Below, piece by piece: positions 10,363-20,934 of a DNA stretch of 64,000 nucleotides (position 1 is its first letter; the number at the start of each line of letters is the position of its first letter). The stretch covers positions 1,888,001-1,952,000 of the forward strand of contig CAXXIA010000002.1 in assembly GCA_963666985.2 (NCBI GenBank). The letters are read 5' to 3'. Both the position numbers and the translations under genes were made by a program. The DNA is from Spirochaetia bacterium. GTDB taxonomy: Bacteria > Spirochaetota > Spirochaetia > DSM-2461. Under the pieces are notes generated by a model, which ran no database searches, had not been told where the DNA came from, and saw only the letters and a list, made by a program, of their open reading frames with translations.

Positions 10363-10751
10363 AAAGGAAATTGGCAAAAAATGCGATCAAGCCTCGCCCT
10401 CGTGGCTCGGCCAGAGGGCCAAGAGAATCTAGTAGAAAGATACTATCTCGGCTTTTTTGATAAAACAATCAAACCTTTTTGAGTGAATTTCTATATATTA
10501 AAAATGCAGATAAGGCAATCTAGTTTTTTTACTTACAAGGATTCACTTAACATAAAGAAAATACAACCAATCAGAAAAACAAGACTCCCAATAGATCCTA
10601 TATAATTATGGAGTCGAATATTATCAATTAAAAAAGTAAGGCTTCCTACAGAAAATAGAATCCAACCAATTGACTCCAGTTTCTTCTTGTTTTTCAACTA
10701 ACACCTCGAGTATTCGCTTCAGTAGATTTCACAAATTAATAGAGGGCTCGG

Positions 10752-11087
10752 TTATTGAGCCAGAACCTTTTGATTTTCGTCCTCTATGGCTTTCTCTACA
10801 TATTTATTAAGAGAAAGGCCCATCCGTGTTGCTGCAAGAGATGCTTTACTATGGACTTCAGGATCAGTACGAACAAGAAATCTTCCCGAAAATGGCTTTT
10901 CCGGATTCTTTCCCCTCTCAGCACACCAATCCAGATAGAAATCAACTGATTCAGCCATTGCCGTTTCCAACGCAGAAACAGATTCACCTTGGAATGTAAT
11001 GATGTCTTTTAGTCCAACGACTTCACCGTGGAAAATCCTAGCTTCATCATCGTATTCCACAACACCGGTATATCCTTTGTAGGTCAT
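10752..11087 (-). CDS. hicB: HicB antitoxin (tandem duplicate)
   Basis: Identical protein to 9438..9773, offset 1314 bp. Confidence 0.9.
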   Translation of the reverse strand: MTYKGYTGVVEYDDEARIFHGEVVGLKDIITFQGESVSALETAMAESVDFYLDWCAERGKNPEKPFSGRFLVRTDPEVHSKASLAATRMGLSLNKYVEKAIEDENQKVLAQ

Positions 11088-11338
11088 GGCTTCACTCCCG
11101 CATTCATCAGAAACTTACGAATAGATTTCACAGCACCTTTATCCGTTTCCTTTCTCGGATGAGGTCGATGAACGATGATATCAACATCATTCAACGAGAA
11201 ACCGACTCTTGAACCCGAACCTTCTTTCTTTTCAGCTCCTAAATGAATTAGTAATGCTTCAATATCTCTCCAAGCAATGGATGAAAGTACAGGATCGGTG
11301 AAAATTGCTTGAAGGACTTTTCGATGCTTACTGTTCAC
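11084..11338 (-). CDS. hicA: HicA toxin (tandem duplicate)
   Basis: Identical protein to 9770..10024. Confidence 0.9.
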   Translation of the reverse strand: MNSKHRKVLQAIFTDPVLSSIAWRDIEALLIHLGAEKKEGSGSRVGFSLNDVDIIVHRPHPRKETDKGAVKSIRKFLMNAGVKP

Positions 11339-11476
11339 AAAATAAAGATATCACAATTTGATATCAGAATCAAGATTGGTAAATATTGCAACTGCTGTTT
11401 GAGATATCTTCCACTGGACATCCGTGTCCAGTGGAAGGATGGGGGATTGCTTTCGGAATCTCTGCCAACTTCCTTT

Positions 11477-11676
11477 AACAGCTGTTGATGCGCTCCGGCT
11501 GATAACGGGGTTATCAGCCTTCGGGGCTTCGCCCAAATTCGTCTTTGTCAGAGATTTTGCTTGTGTCTCACGTTGTGGTAAGATGAGTAGCAGTTAGCGG
11601 TTGGGTTTGTGAAGAATCGCAAAATCTCCGCCAACCGCTGGCGCGGACGACGAACTTCGCATACCAGCGGAACGTT
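11477..11676 (+). repeat. attC-like repeat 8 (200 bp)
   Basis: Conserved ends. Confidence 0.9.
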
Positions 11677-11730
11677 ATGTGCTTTTTCGTTTTTCCAGTT
11701 AATAACATTAATTGCCATAAGGAGGGAGAA

Positions 11731-12183
11731 ATGGGCATCAATTATCAATTAAAAGCAGAAAAAGGCAAAATCGAAGATGAATTAAATTCCGCAATTAACA
11801 GGCTTATTTCTGGCTGCGAAAAGCTTGATATGGCTTTAGCCTTCGAAATCTTCTCAGATTCATCTGAGTTCTTGATGATGGGAACGGATGGAAGCCTTTG
11901 TGATTATCAGACTTACTTGAAAAACAATATCGACTATTTATCCGGTTGTGAAAGTTTTAAGTTGATAACGTTTGATCGAAAAATACGAATCATAAACAGT
12001 GAGGTAGCTATCTTCTCATGGGCTTATGGGGTTGAGGCAAAATTAAGAACGGGAGATATTGATATTATTGATAATGCAGGAGCTTCTTTTGTCTTCCGAA
12101 AAATAGAGAATACATGGAAGGTTGTATATTATCATGAGTCATCAGTACCTCCGAAAAGAAACTCTCCACCAAGAGAATCATGA
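11731..12183 (+). CDS. NTF2/SnoaL-like (DUF4440-type) protein
   Basis: GGAGGGAG RBS before ATG 11731; C-terminal FVFRKIENTWKVVYYHES. Confidence 0.75.
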   Translation: MGINYQLKAEKGKIEDELNSAINRLISGCEKLDMALAFEIFSDSSEFLMMGTDGSLCDYQTYLKNNIDYLSGCESFKLITFDRKIRIINSEVAIFSWAYGVEAKLRTGDIDIIDNAGASFVFRKIENTWKVVYYHESSVPPKRNSPPRES

Positions 12184-12277
12184 CGATTGAAATCCAAGTG
12201 TAAATAAGGGATTACACAGAACGTCTCGCAAGTATCGCTTTCTGTTGCTGTTTATAGTGATGTCGGAATCAGAATAT

Positions 12278-12682
12278 ATGGAAAATGAAATAGTAATAGA
12301 TAAAAAATCCAGCCGGGCGATTTGGGCTCTATAGTGGAATTGCATGGCAACTATTACAGCAAGCATTTTGGCTATAACATAACCTTTGAACCATATGTTG
12401 CTTTACCTCTTGCTAAGAAGAAAGCAAAAACTGCGCAGTTGAGATGGTTTATCCTTGATGGAAGTCTCCAAGGAAAAGGCATTGGAAATCAACTAATGAG
12501 ATTTTCTATTGATTTTGCAAGAGAAAAAGGATTTTACAAGCTGATTCTCTGGACGGTAAGGGATCTAAAAAGTGCGATTCATCTGTACGAAAAGAATCTT
12601 TTTTTTGCTTAAGAAAGAAGTTTCCCACAAGATTTGGGGGGTGGAATTGACGGAACAACACTATGAATTGAAGTTGAAATAG
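12278..12682 (+). pseudogene. GNAT acetyltransferase, frameshifted and apparently internally deleted
   Basis: PGDLG.IVELHG and AQLRWF...QGKGIG...SAIHLYEK motifs split across frames (homopolymer runs near 12301 and 12599). Confidence 0.7.
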
Positions 12683-12752
12683 GGTTAATTCCGAATACTC
12701 TGTTTAAGAAGATGAACTCTCAATAAAGACAAATATGAGGGAAAAAGCACAT

Positions 12753-12952
12753 AACAGCTGTTGATGCGCTCCGGCCGCTAAAAGTGTTTAGCGGCCTCCG
12801 GGGCTTCGCCCAAATTTGCCTCTGTCATAGATTTTGCGTAAGTCTGTCTCTGTGGTATTATAAGTTGCAGTTAGCGATTGAGATTGTAAAATTTCGCAAA
12901 ATCTCCGCCAGTCGCTACGCGAACGGCAAACTTCGCATAACAGCGGGCCGTT
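12753..12952 (+). repeat. attC-like repeat 9 (200 bp)
   Basis: Conserved ends. Confidence 0.9.
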
Positions 12953-13072
12953 TTACGAAAAAATCCAGAAGGCCTTTTACCGTGGCGGCGTTCGAACCGC
13001 CACGAACAGAATCATCTTATTGATATAGGATCTATTTATGAAGATAAGAAAACCTTAAAGCAGGTGTGAATA

Positions 13073-13909
13073 TTAGACTGATATTTCATCAAAGAAATCT
13101 TTCCAACGATACTTTGGTTTCCAATCAAGAAGTTGTTTAATATTTGTACAATTAACCAAAGATTTATAAGGTGTTTCTATATATTCTTTACCGCCCCTCC
13201 AGTCTGCAAAAGGGCATATTTTGTTTACCAGATCAATACTACTCAATCCGGAGGTAGTAATATCATCGGAAGAGATTCCATAACAATGGTATCCAGAAAA
13301 ATTAGTTGTACTTGCCGTAAGAATTACTTCTGAAAGATCTCGAATATCAATAAATGCACCATATTCCCAATATGGAGACCATTCATATTCAGGATTCGCC
13401 CTTCTCTTTTCCACTATGAAATTATAAGTACATTCGTTCCAAATCCCTGGAGCACGAATACATAAAACAGTTATTCCTTTTGATAGAGAATATTCTTTGC
13501 ATGCCTCTTCAGCCAGTTTCTTTGAGATTGAATAACTCCTTATCGGGTTACATGGATAGTTATCATCAATTGGTAAATATTCCGGTTGCCCTTCTCCTTG
13601 GAAAATTCCAAGAGCATCAACGCTACTCATAAATATTAGCTTTTTAATCTTGCAATAGACCATTGCATTGAGAATATTGTATGTTCCAATTAGATTGGTT
13701 CTCAAAGTATCAAGAGGTGAATCATTCTCAATTGCAGCTAAGTGAATAACTACATCGCATCCATTCATATTTTGCACAAGTAATTCAAAATTATGGATGT
13801 CTTGATTATTACTTAAATCATATCCAATTACATTATGTCTATTAGCTTTAAACTTCGCTGATACTTCACAACCAAGAAACCCAGCATTGCCAGTAATAAA
13901 AGCCTTCAT
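13073..13909 (-). CDS. NAD-dependent epimerase/dehydratase (extended SDR)
   Basis: ITGNAGFLG, IHLAA, YSISK motifs. Confidence 0.85.
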   Translation of the reverse strand: MKAFITGNAGFLGCEVSAKFKANRHNVIGYDLSNNQDIHNFELLVQNMNGCDVVIHLAAIENDSPLDTLRTNLIGTYNILNAMVYCKIKKLIFMSSVDALGIFQGEGQPEYLPIDDNYPCNPIRSYSISKKLAEEACKEYSLSKGITVLCIRAPGIWNECTYNFIVEKRRANPEYEWSPYWEYGAFIDIRDLSEVILTASTTNFSGYHCYGISSDDITTSGLSSIDLVNKICPFADWRGGKEYIETPYKSLVNCTNIKQLLDWKPKYRWKDFFDEISV

Positions 13910-14159
13910 GTTTACATTTCTGCAACAGCAGATCCTCACAAATAGTATTCGTTTATTGTATTATCGATTAGCAAAAGCCAAAAAAAATCGCGAAAAGGTA
14001 CTCTAAGAAGAATAACACGTCTCATCTATATGAAATATAGAAATGAGAAATACCTTAGTTCTTTTATAGGCCTTCTATTATTTAGTTATAGAAATCTGAA
14101 TCATTTCCTGTGATTCAGATAAAATACTTCTTGGCTCTCCTAGCTGAATTTCTTCGTAA

Positions 14160-14363
14160 AACAGCTGTTGATGCGCTCCGGCGTCAACTGGCGTTGCCGC
14201 CTCCGGGGCTTCGCCCAAATTTCGCTTTGGCCATGGCTCTTGCAGATGCAGCTCGGTAAGTGATGTGATACCATCAAAGGCGAACATGGTATTGCTGAAA
14301 CAAGCAAGAGCACATGCCAACCGGCTTCGCCGGCCGCGAAACTTCGCATACCAGCGGGCCGTT
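14160..14363 (+). repeat. attC-like repeat 10 (204 bp)
   Basis: Conserved ends. Confidence 0.9.
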
Positions 14364-14436
14364 TAGTGAAATAATCGAAATTGTATTCTAGCGCCTCGGC
14401 ATCCGTGCCTCGGCGATTAGTAATAGGAGGTTCCCA

Positions 14437-14847
14437 GTGGCAGATCCAAGAGCGTTCATTAGTTTTGATTTTGATCATAACGAGACAGAAAAGAATCTTT
14501 TCGTTGGACAATCAAAAAACTCAAAAACACCATTCAGCATAGAAGATTGGTCGTCAAAATCATCCCTACCACAAGACCAATGGCAAAAACTAATTAAGGA
14601 TAAGATTAACAGATGCAATATGGTAATAGTTCTTGTTGGTAGGTATATGGCATCAGCAACAGGTGTGGGTAAAGAAATTAAGTTTGCTAAAGATTTAGAT
14701 GTCCCAGTCTTTGGTGTTTATGTTGATGGTGCAAATACTTCTAGCAATTTGCCTGGTGGACTGCCTCGCAATCGGACAATAGTCTGGAACTGGCCCAATA
14801 TCGCAGCAGCTGTCAATCAAATGATGGGTGAAGGGAAGAACCGATGA
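14437..14847 (+). CDS. thsB: TIR-domain protein (ThsB/DUF1863-like)
   Basis: RAFISFDFD...IVLVG....GVGKEI TIR motifs; GGAGG RBS before GTG start. Confidence 0.8.
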   Translation: MADPRAFISFDFDHNETEKNLFVGQSKNSKTPFSIEDWSSKSSLPQDQWQKLIKDKINRCNMVIVLVGRYMASATGVGKEIKFAKDLDVPVFGVYVDGANTSSNLPGGLPRNRTIVWNWPNIAAAVNQMMGEGKNR

Positions 14848-15809
14848 GGAAAGCGTTGTGTGTCGGCATTAACGATTATGGCAAAAACTCGTTAAAAGGA
14901 TGTATCGCCGATGCGTCTGCAATAGCTACGCTCCTAGAAACGCACGGAGATGGTTCTCCAAACTTTGATATTCGCCTAGAAACGGATGTAGCAAAGAAAG
15001 CATCTTTGAAGGGTATGATTTCAGAACTCTTTTCTGGCGATTGTGAAACAGCATTGTTCTACTTTTCTGGTCATGGTTTTCTAAATGAGCTTGGTGGCTA
15101 CATTGTCACGCCTGATTATTCAAAATACGACGAGGGCGTTTCGATGGACGATATTTTGAAGTATGCCAATGATTCTAAGATCAAGGATAAAATTGTAATT
15201 CTAGATTGCTGTCATTCGGGAGCAATGGGTTCTCCTGCAATTACCGGTAATACCTCACTGCTTAATGAAGGTGTTTCGATTCTTACTGCTAGTCGTGACG
15301 ACGAATCTTCGATAGAGATTAATGGTCATGGTGTATTTACGAATTTGCTCCTTGATGCTCTTCAAGGTGGAGCTGGCGATTTGAGAGGTCATATTTCACC
15401 AGGTGGCATTTATGCTTTCGTGGATCAGGCTCTTGGAGCATGGGATCAACGACCAGTTTTTAAAACAAATGTATCGCGTTTTACTTCACTACGGAAAGTC
15501 ATACCTCAAGTACCTGCTGCTATACTGCGAAAACTAGTTGATTTCTTTCCCAATCCACAGGATGAGTTCAAACTCGATCCGTCATTTGAAGATACAAATT
15601 CGACAGACATCAAGCATAAGTTAATAGAGCCATATGCAAATCCTGATCACGTTGAGGTTTTTAAGAAGTTGCAGAGCCTACAAAGTGTAGGCCTGGTGGT
15701 TCCTGTAGATGCCGACTATATGTATTTTGCTGCTATGGAATCTAAATCATGTAAACTAACATCACTTGGTTCCCATTATTGGCGTCTGGTTAAAGACAAG
15801 AGAATTTAA
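14844..15809 (+). CDS. Caspase-like (peptidase C14) effector; with upstream TIR resembles type IV Thoeris
   Basis: RKALCVGINDY, FYFSGHG, ILDCCHSG His/Cys dyad; ATGA overlap with the TIR gene. Confidence 0.88.
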   Translation: MRKALCVGINDYGKNSLKGCIADASAIATLLETHGDGSPNFDIRLETDVAKKASLKGMISELFSGDCETALFYFSGHGFLNELGGYIVTPDYSKYDEGVSMDDILKYANDSKIKDKIVILDCCHSGAMGSPAITGNTSLLNEGVSILTASRDDESSIEINGHGVFTNLLLDALQGGAGDLRGHISPGGIYAFVDQALGAWDQRPVFKTNVSRFTSLRKVIPQVPAAILRKLVDFFPNPQDEFKLDPSFEDTNSTDIKHKLIEPYANPDHVEVFKKLQSLQSVGLVVPVDADYMYFAAMESKSCKLTSLGSHYWRLVKDKRI

Positions 15810-15927
15810 AGTTTTCTCTTCATTCCTTGATTTTGGTGTATGAAAAGATGAAAACTAAAACGTCAGAAGCACATCGTGTGCTTCTGACGGATATTTTTGT
15901 TTTTTTTAAATATCGATTACTTCACTA

Positions 15928-16192
15928 AACAGCTGTTGATGCGCGGCGGCCGCTAAAGGTGTTTAGCGGCCTTGGGCCGAGCGATGGGAAACTATGAGTT
16001 TTATGATTTCTGTAAACGGGAAGAATCAAACTGGTTCGGCTCGGCCAAATTTCGTTTTGGCCATGGTTCTTGCAGATGCGTTCCTGGAAGTTGTGTGATA
16101 GGCTCAAATGCAAACAGGCTTTCTGTTAAAGAGCAAGAACGCATGCCAACCGGCTTCGCCGGACACGAAACTTCGCATACCAGCGGGCCGTT
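15928..16192 (+). repeat. attC-like repeat 11 (265 bp, long subtype)
   Basis: Conserved ends plus extra arm. Confidence 0.9.
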
Positions 16193-17034
16193 AAAGGAAA
16201 TTCGGACGACGGAATAAAATGGGTCTCTTTTTTGAAGTGTTTTTCTATGGCAGGCCTTTCCCCTTCATTTGAACAAGTAACAGAAACAGAATCCCTTTGA
16301 GTGGTCAGATCTTTTTAACAGGCCTTCCTTCTCTTTGAACAAAACAGGTCGTTTTGATACGGCTTTCTCCTCACCCCCCTGCGCCTTTGAGATCATCTTC
16401 AAGAAAAAAACCAAAAGCATCGGAATAAAACTCGCTTCGGGATCAGAAGCACTTAGTGATAAGGCGGTCGGTTCGGGAGAACATGTGTCGTGAAGGTTTA
16501 TGGTTTTTAACGATAATGGGAATCGCTCATGAGAAAATCCTTATCCGTTGATGGTTATCGCTTCGGGAAATGAGGCGCTTCCGGTTTGATCGGTTCGCGA
16601 GAAAAGGGGTGGTAGCCTGAGAAGAATGAAGGGATGGAGATGAGAAGAATGGAGATTGTTTTCTCCGTGGTTTTGCCTTTGAGAATAAGGCTGAATGCTT
16701 CGGGGAATACCGGTGTAGAAGGAGAAGACGAACATTCGGATTTATAGAATCAGTCCTGATTGAAGAATGGCGGGAAAGGCGAATTGCATCGGATGATGGC
16801 CTGAGTAAAGTGATGAGGCGATGAAAGGGAGAATCGGGGTTAGTATGAGAGAATGGATAGCCATTTCGATGAATGAGTAGAAAGCGGAAGAGGGAAGTCT
16901 GTAAAAGGATGAATGAAGAAAAGATGAGAAGGAGAAGGGCAAGAGGAATCGAAACAAAGGGTCCGGTAAAACGGCGAGGAGGGGTGAGGAGAAGGAGAGG
17001 TTTTTATAGATGCGTCGTCCGAACTTCCTTTAAC
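16190..17034. other. Purine-skewed, apparently non-coding cassette, copy 1
   Basis: Ends GTTAAAGGAAATTCGGACGACG / CGTCGTCCGAACTTCCTTTAAC; only short low-complexity ORFs. Confidence 0.7.
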
Positions 17035-17296
17035 AGCTGTTGATGCGCGTCGGCCGCTAAAAGTGTTTAGCGGCCTTGGGCCGAGCGATGATAGTCATAT
17101 GAGAGTAGTTGGTTTTCGAAAAGAGAAAATCAGCATGAATCGGCTCGGCCAAATTTCGCTTTGGCAATGGTTCTTGCAGATGCGTTTCTGAAAGTTGTGT
17201 GATAGGCTCAAATAAGAACAGGCTTTCTGCTGAAGTGCAAGAACACATGCCAACCGGCTGCGCCGGCCGCGAAACTTCGCATACCAGCGGACCGTT
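17032..17296 (+). repeat. attC-like repeat 12 (265 bp, long subtype)
   Basis: Conserved ends plus extra arm. Confidence 0.9.
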
Positions 17297-17537
17297 TGAT
17301 GACAGAATTAATTTAGGAAATAGTTTTTCTCATTTTTTTAAAAAAGAGGAGGCAATTCCCCGCACAAATATCAATTTAAATTCGTGAAAAGCTCTGAAAG
17401 TTTTTGAGAAAAAATCAAAGTGTTCCATTTGTCGTGGTTGATTCTCCTGATATGAGTCTTCTTCAGTTGAATACGAACAAGAGAGCCTTTTCACGGTGTT
17501 TGATCTTTATGGGCTTTGCTTAATTCCGTCATCAAAC
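17294..17537. other. ORF-less cassette, copy 2 of 4
   Basis: Near-identical to 8547..8789. Confidence 0.8.
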
Positions 17538-17796
17538 AGCTGTTGATACGCTCCGGCCGCTAAATCTCTTTAGCTGCCTTCGGGCCGAGAAGATGGTTAT
17601 TAGTTGAGTGTTATGATATTTGCAAAGAGGAAATGGGATTGAAACGGCTCGGCCAAATTTCGCTTTGGCTGCTTTTGTTGAGATGTTTTGGTTCGTAATC
17701 TGTGGTAATGTTAAAAGCGAGCGGAGGTTCTGGTAATTTCGTGGGGCAGCCAACCGGCTCCGCCGGACGCGAAACTTCGTATACCAGCGGGCCGTT
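17535..17796 (+). repeat. attC-like repeat 13 (262 bp)
   Basis: Near-identical to repeat 6. Confidence 0.9.
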
Positions 17797-18038
17797 TGAT
17801 GACAGAATTAATTTAGGAAATAGTTTTTCTCATTTTTTTAAAAAAGAGGAGGCAATTCCCCGCACAAATATCAATTTAAATTCGTGAAAAGCTCTGAAAG
17901 TTTTTGAGAAAAAATCAAAGTGTTCCATTTGTCGTGGTTGATTCTCCTGATATGAGTCTTCTTCAGTTGAATACGAACAAGAGAGCCTTTTCACGGTGTT
18001 TGATCTTTAAGGGGCTTTGCTTAATTCCGTCATCAAAC
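17794..18038. other. ORF-less cassette, copy 3 of 4
   Basis: Tandem near-identical copy. Confidence 0.8.
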
Positions 18039-18297
18039 AGCTGTTGATACGCTCCGGCCGCTAAATCTCTTTAGCGGCCTTCGGGCCGAGAAGATGGTTG
18101 TTAGTTGAGTGTTATGAGATTTGCCAAGAGGAAATGAGATTGAAACGGCTCGGCCAAATTTCGCTTTGGCTGTTTTTGTTGAGATGTTTTGGTTCGTAAT
18201 CTGTGGTAATGTTAAAAGCGAGCGGAGGTTCTGGTAGTTTCGTGGGGCAGCCAACCGGCTCCGCCGGACGCGAAACTTCGTATACCAGCGGGCCGTT
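18036..18297 (+). repeat. attC-like repeat 14 (262 bp)
   Basis: Close variant of repeat 6. Confidence 0.9.
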
Positions 18298-18412
18298 TGG
18301 TGCAATATTAGAAAATGTCATAAATTATATCTTTCGGGGATATTGGTACAAGTTTCATTATGTCGGCAAAGTCGTATTGAATTATAGTTATACTTAAGTT
18401 ATACTTGGCGGT

Positions 18413-18655
18413 ATGAAAACGGCAATCTCAATTCCAGATCAATTGTTCAATGACGCTGAGATAACAGCAAAACAATTAGGACTGGCAAGAAGTCAGTTAT
18501 ATGTTAAGGCAATAAAAGAATATATAGACAATCATAATAAAGACAAAATACGAGAGAAACTTAACTCAATTTATTCCACAAACACTAACATCACCGAAAT
18601 TGATAATATCGGAGTTGATTCACTTCGCCAGGCAACATTAAATGATACGTGGTGA
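18413..18655 (+). CDS. RHH antitoxin (ChpI-like) of the MazF pair
   Basis: MKTAISIPD.LF..AE..A..LG..RSQLY; overlaps the toxin gene. Confidence 0.8.
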   Translation: MKTAISIPDQLFNDAEITAKQLGLARSQLYVKAIKEYIDNHNKDKIREKLNSIYSTNTNITEIDNIGVDSLRQATLNDTW

Positions 18656-18983
18656 AATTTGGTGGGCTGATTTAGGGCTTCCATTCGGAAGTGAGCCTGG
18701 ATTTAAGCGGCCAGTCGTTATAATACAAGACGATTCGTTCAACAAAAGTAAAATTCAAACGGTAATTGTCGCGTCAATAACAACAAATTTAAATTTAGCC
18801 GATGCCCCTGGAAATGTTTACATAGAATCAGAAGAATCTGGATTATCCAAAGTTGGAGTAATAAACATTTCACAGATATCAACTATAGATAAAAGGCGAT
18901 TAATAGAAAGGGTAAAGATACTACCGTCTAGTATCATGGAAGAGCTAGATTTTGGAATAAAAATTATTTTGAATATCAGATAG
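18642..18983 (+). CDS. mazF: MazF/PemK family endoribonuclease toxin
   Basis: RGEIWWADL..PFGSEPGFKRPVVIIQ. Confidence 0.92.
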   Translation: MIRGEIWWADLGLPFGSEPGFKRPVVIIQDDSFNKSKIQTVIVASITTNLNLADAPGNVYIESEESGLSKVGVINISQISTIDKRRLIERVKILPSSIMEELDFGIKIILNIR

Positions 18984-19002
18984 ATTTTCTGATACTGCAC
19001 CA

Positions 19003-19207
19003 AACAGCTGTTGATGCGCTCCGAATACATTTGCAAGCAAATGTATTCTCCGGGGCTCCGCCCAAATTTCGCTTTGTCATGGCTCTTGCAGATGCGTTTC
19101 TGTAAGTTGTGTGATAATCTGAAGAGCGAACGGGCTTTCTGCTAAAGGCAAGAGCACATGCCAACCGGCTGCGCCGGCCGCGAAACTTCGCATACCAGCG
19201 GGCCGTT
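19003..19207 (+). repeat. attC-like repeat 15 (205 bp)
   Basis: Conserved ends; first arm replaced by GAATACATTTGC-AA-GCAAATGTATTC. Confidence 0.9.
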
Positions 19208-19263
19208 ATATGCAGTGCTTTGAAAAAGCTTAAAATATACCACTTGTTGAAGGGCTAAATTAA

Positions 19264-19860
19264 TTGATTGATATAAATATAGTAGCAAGAAATAATTTTG
19301 AATTTGCCCAGAAAATAATTGAAGAATTGAAAATTGAGACAATTTGGAAAAAGTATAATTCTACAGCAAATTTAGTTGGTTCAATGAAAACAGGTCTTCT
19401 GATGAATCATCTTGATATTGATTATCATATCTATTCAGAAGATTTTAGCATTAAGACAAGTTTTTCTGCGGTTGCTGAAATTGCACAAAATCCTCGAGTA
19501 AAACAGATACATTTCAAAAATAATCTCGAAGAAGAAGATAGATGTCTTGAGTGGCATTTAGAGTATTTAGATAAACAAGTCCGTATTTGGCAGATTGATC
19601 TCATCCATATTATGAATGATTCTCCATATGTCGGAACATTTGAACGAGTTGCAGAAAAGATAAATCTGGTCTTAACAGATGAATTGAGATCAAAAATTCT
19701 AAATATCAAGTGGAATCTTTCAAAAGGCAATAATAAAGCAATGGGTATTGAAGTCTGTAAGGCTGTAATTGATGATAACGTTTCAACATACCCAGAATTT
19801 TTAAAATGGAAAGAAAATAACTCCAATGAAGGTATTATGATCTGGGAGCCTAAAGCTTGA
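19264..19860 (+). CDS. Nucleotidyltransferase-fold hypothetical protein
   Basis: LVGSMKTGL....DIDYHI and WQIDLIHI (GS-DxD-D pattern). Confidence 0.6.
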   Translation: MIDINIVARNNFEFAQKIIEELKIETIWKKYNSTANLVGSMKTGLLMNHLDIDYHIYSEDFSIKTSFSAVAEIAQNPRVKQIHFKNNLEEEDRCLEWHLEYLDKQVRIWQIDLIHIMNDSPYVGTFERVAEKINLVLTDELRSKILNIKWNLSKGNNKAMGIEVCKAVIDDNVSTYPEFLKWKENNSNEGIMIWEPKA

Positions 19861-19904
19861 AACTGTGTATTGACAATAGGCACACATTTTTAGTATTTTA
19901 AACC

Positions 19905-20198
19905 ATGATATTTGACTGGAATGAAGAAAAGAATACTCAATTAAAGAAAGAACGAAATATCAGTTTTGAACGAGTTGTTGTTGCAATTGAGGAAGATGGT
20001 ATTCTTGATATTCTGGAGCACCCCAATCAACAGAAATATAAGAATCAGTATCTTATAATTTTAGAAATCGATTTGTATGCATACGTAGTTCCGGCAGTAG
20101 TTAATGAAGAATGTTGGTTCTTAAAAACTATTTTTCCAAGTAGAAAATATACGAAGATATATTTAAAGGCTGAAAAAGGAGAGAATCATGGGAAATGA
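19905..20198 (+). CDS. brnT: BrnT-like toxin
   Basis: FDWNEEKN..LK.ER.ISFE...LKTIFPSRK. Confidence 0.8.
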   Translation: MIFDWNEEKNTQLKKERNISFERVVVAIEEDGILDILEHPNQQKYKNQYLIILEIDLYAYVVPAVVNEECWFLKTIFPSRKYTKIYLKAEKGENHGK

Positions 20199-20454
20199 AG
20201 AAAAGATATTAGAACAGTCTATTGAGAATGATGAATGGATTTCTGTCAAAAATAAAAATGAAATGATTAGTAATTTAAAGGAAACAGCCAGAAATACAAT
20301 GCTGAAAGATCAGCGTATGAATGTTCGAATCAGCAAGAGAGATCTTGTACAACTTAAAGCTCGGGCATTAGAAGAAGGCATTCCATATCAGACGCTCGTA
20401 ACAAGTATTATACATAAATACATTTCAGGCAGTTTCCAAGAAGTTGTACGTTAA
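20188..20454 (+). CDS. BrnA/CopG-like antitoxin
   Basis: KD.RMNVRIS..DL..LK.RA.EEGIPYQTL. Confidence 0.8.
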   Translation: MGNEEKILEQSIENDEWISVKNKNEMISNLKETARNTMLKDQRMNVRISKRDLVQLKARALEEGIPYQTLVTSIIHKYISGSFQEVVR

Positions 20455-20477
20455 AGAAAAGAAGGTGCACTGCATAT

Positions 20478-20677
20478 AACAGCTGTTGATGCGCTCCGGC
20501 CGCTAAAAGTGTTTAGCAGCCTCCGGGGCTTCGCCCAAATTTGCCTCTGTCATAGATTTTGCGAGAGGCTGAAGTCGTGGTAAGATGAGTTGCAGTTAGC
20601 GGTTGATGTTGTGAAGAATCGCAAAATCTCCGCCAGTCGCTGCGCGAACGGCAAACTTCGCATACCAGCGGACCGTT
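20478..20677 (+). repeat. attC-like repeat 16 (200 bp)
   Basis: Conserved ends. Confidence 0.9.
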
Positions 20678-20934
20678 TTACGAAAAAATCTAAATGGCCT
20701 TCTACCGTGGCGCCGTCCATGGCGCCACGAATAGTTACATTGCAAAGCCTAAAACTTAATAAAAATTCCAGAAAATACGGCGAAAGCGAATCAATAGTCA
20801 ACCTCAAAGCGAGAAGAAACATATAATATATCGTCAAAAACAACAGAATTTTTACCTTATAGGTCCTGCGGACAATTTGCAATTTTAAATCTATCTACTA
20901 ATAAAGTTTTAGCTACATTTAATTGTTAGATAGA

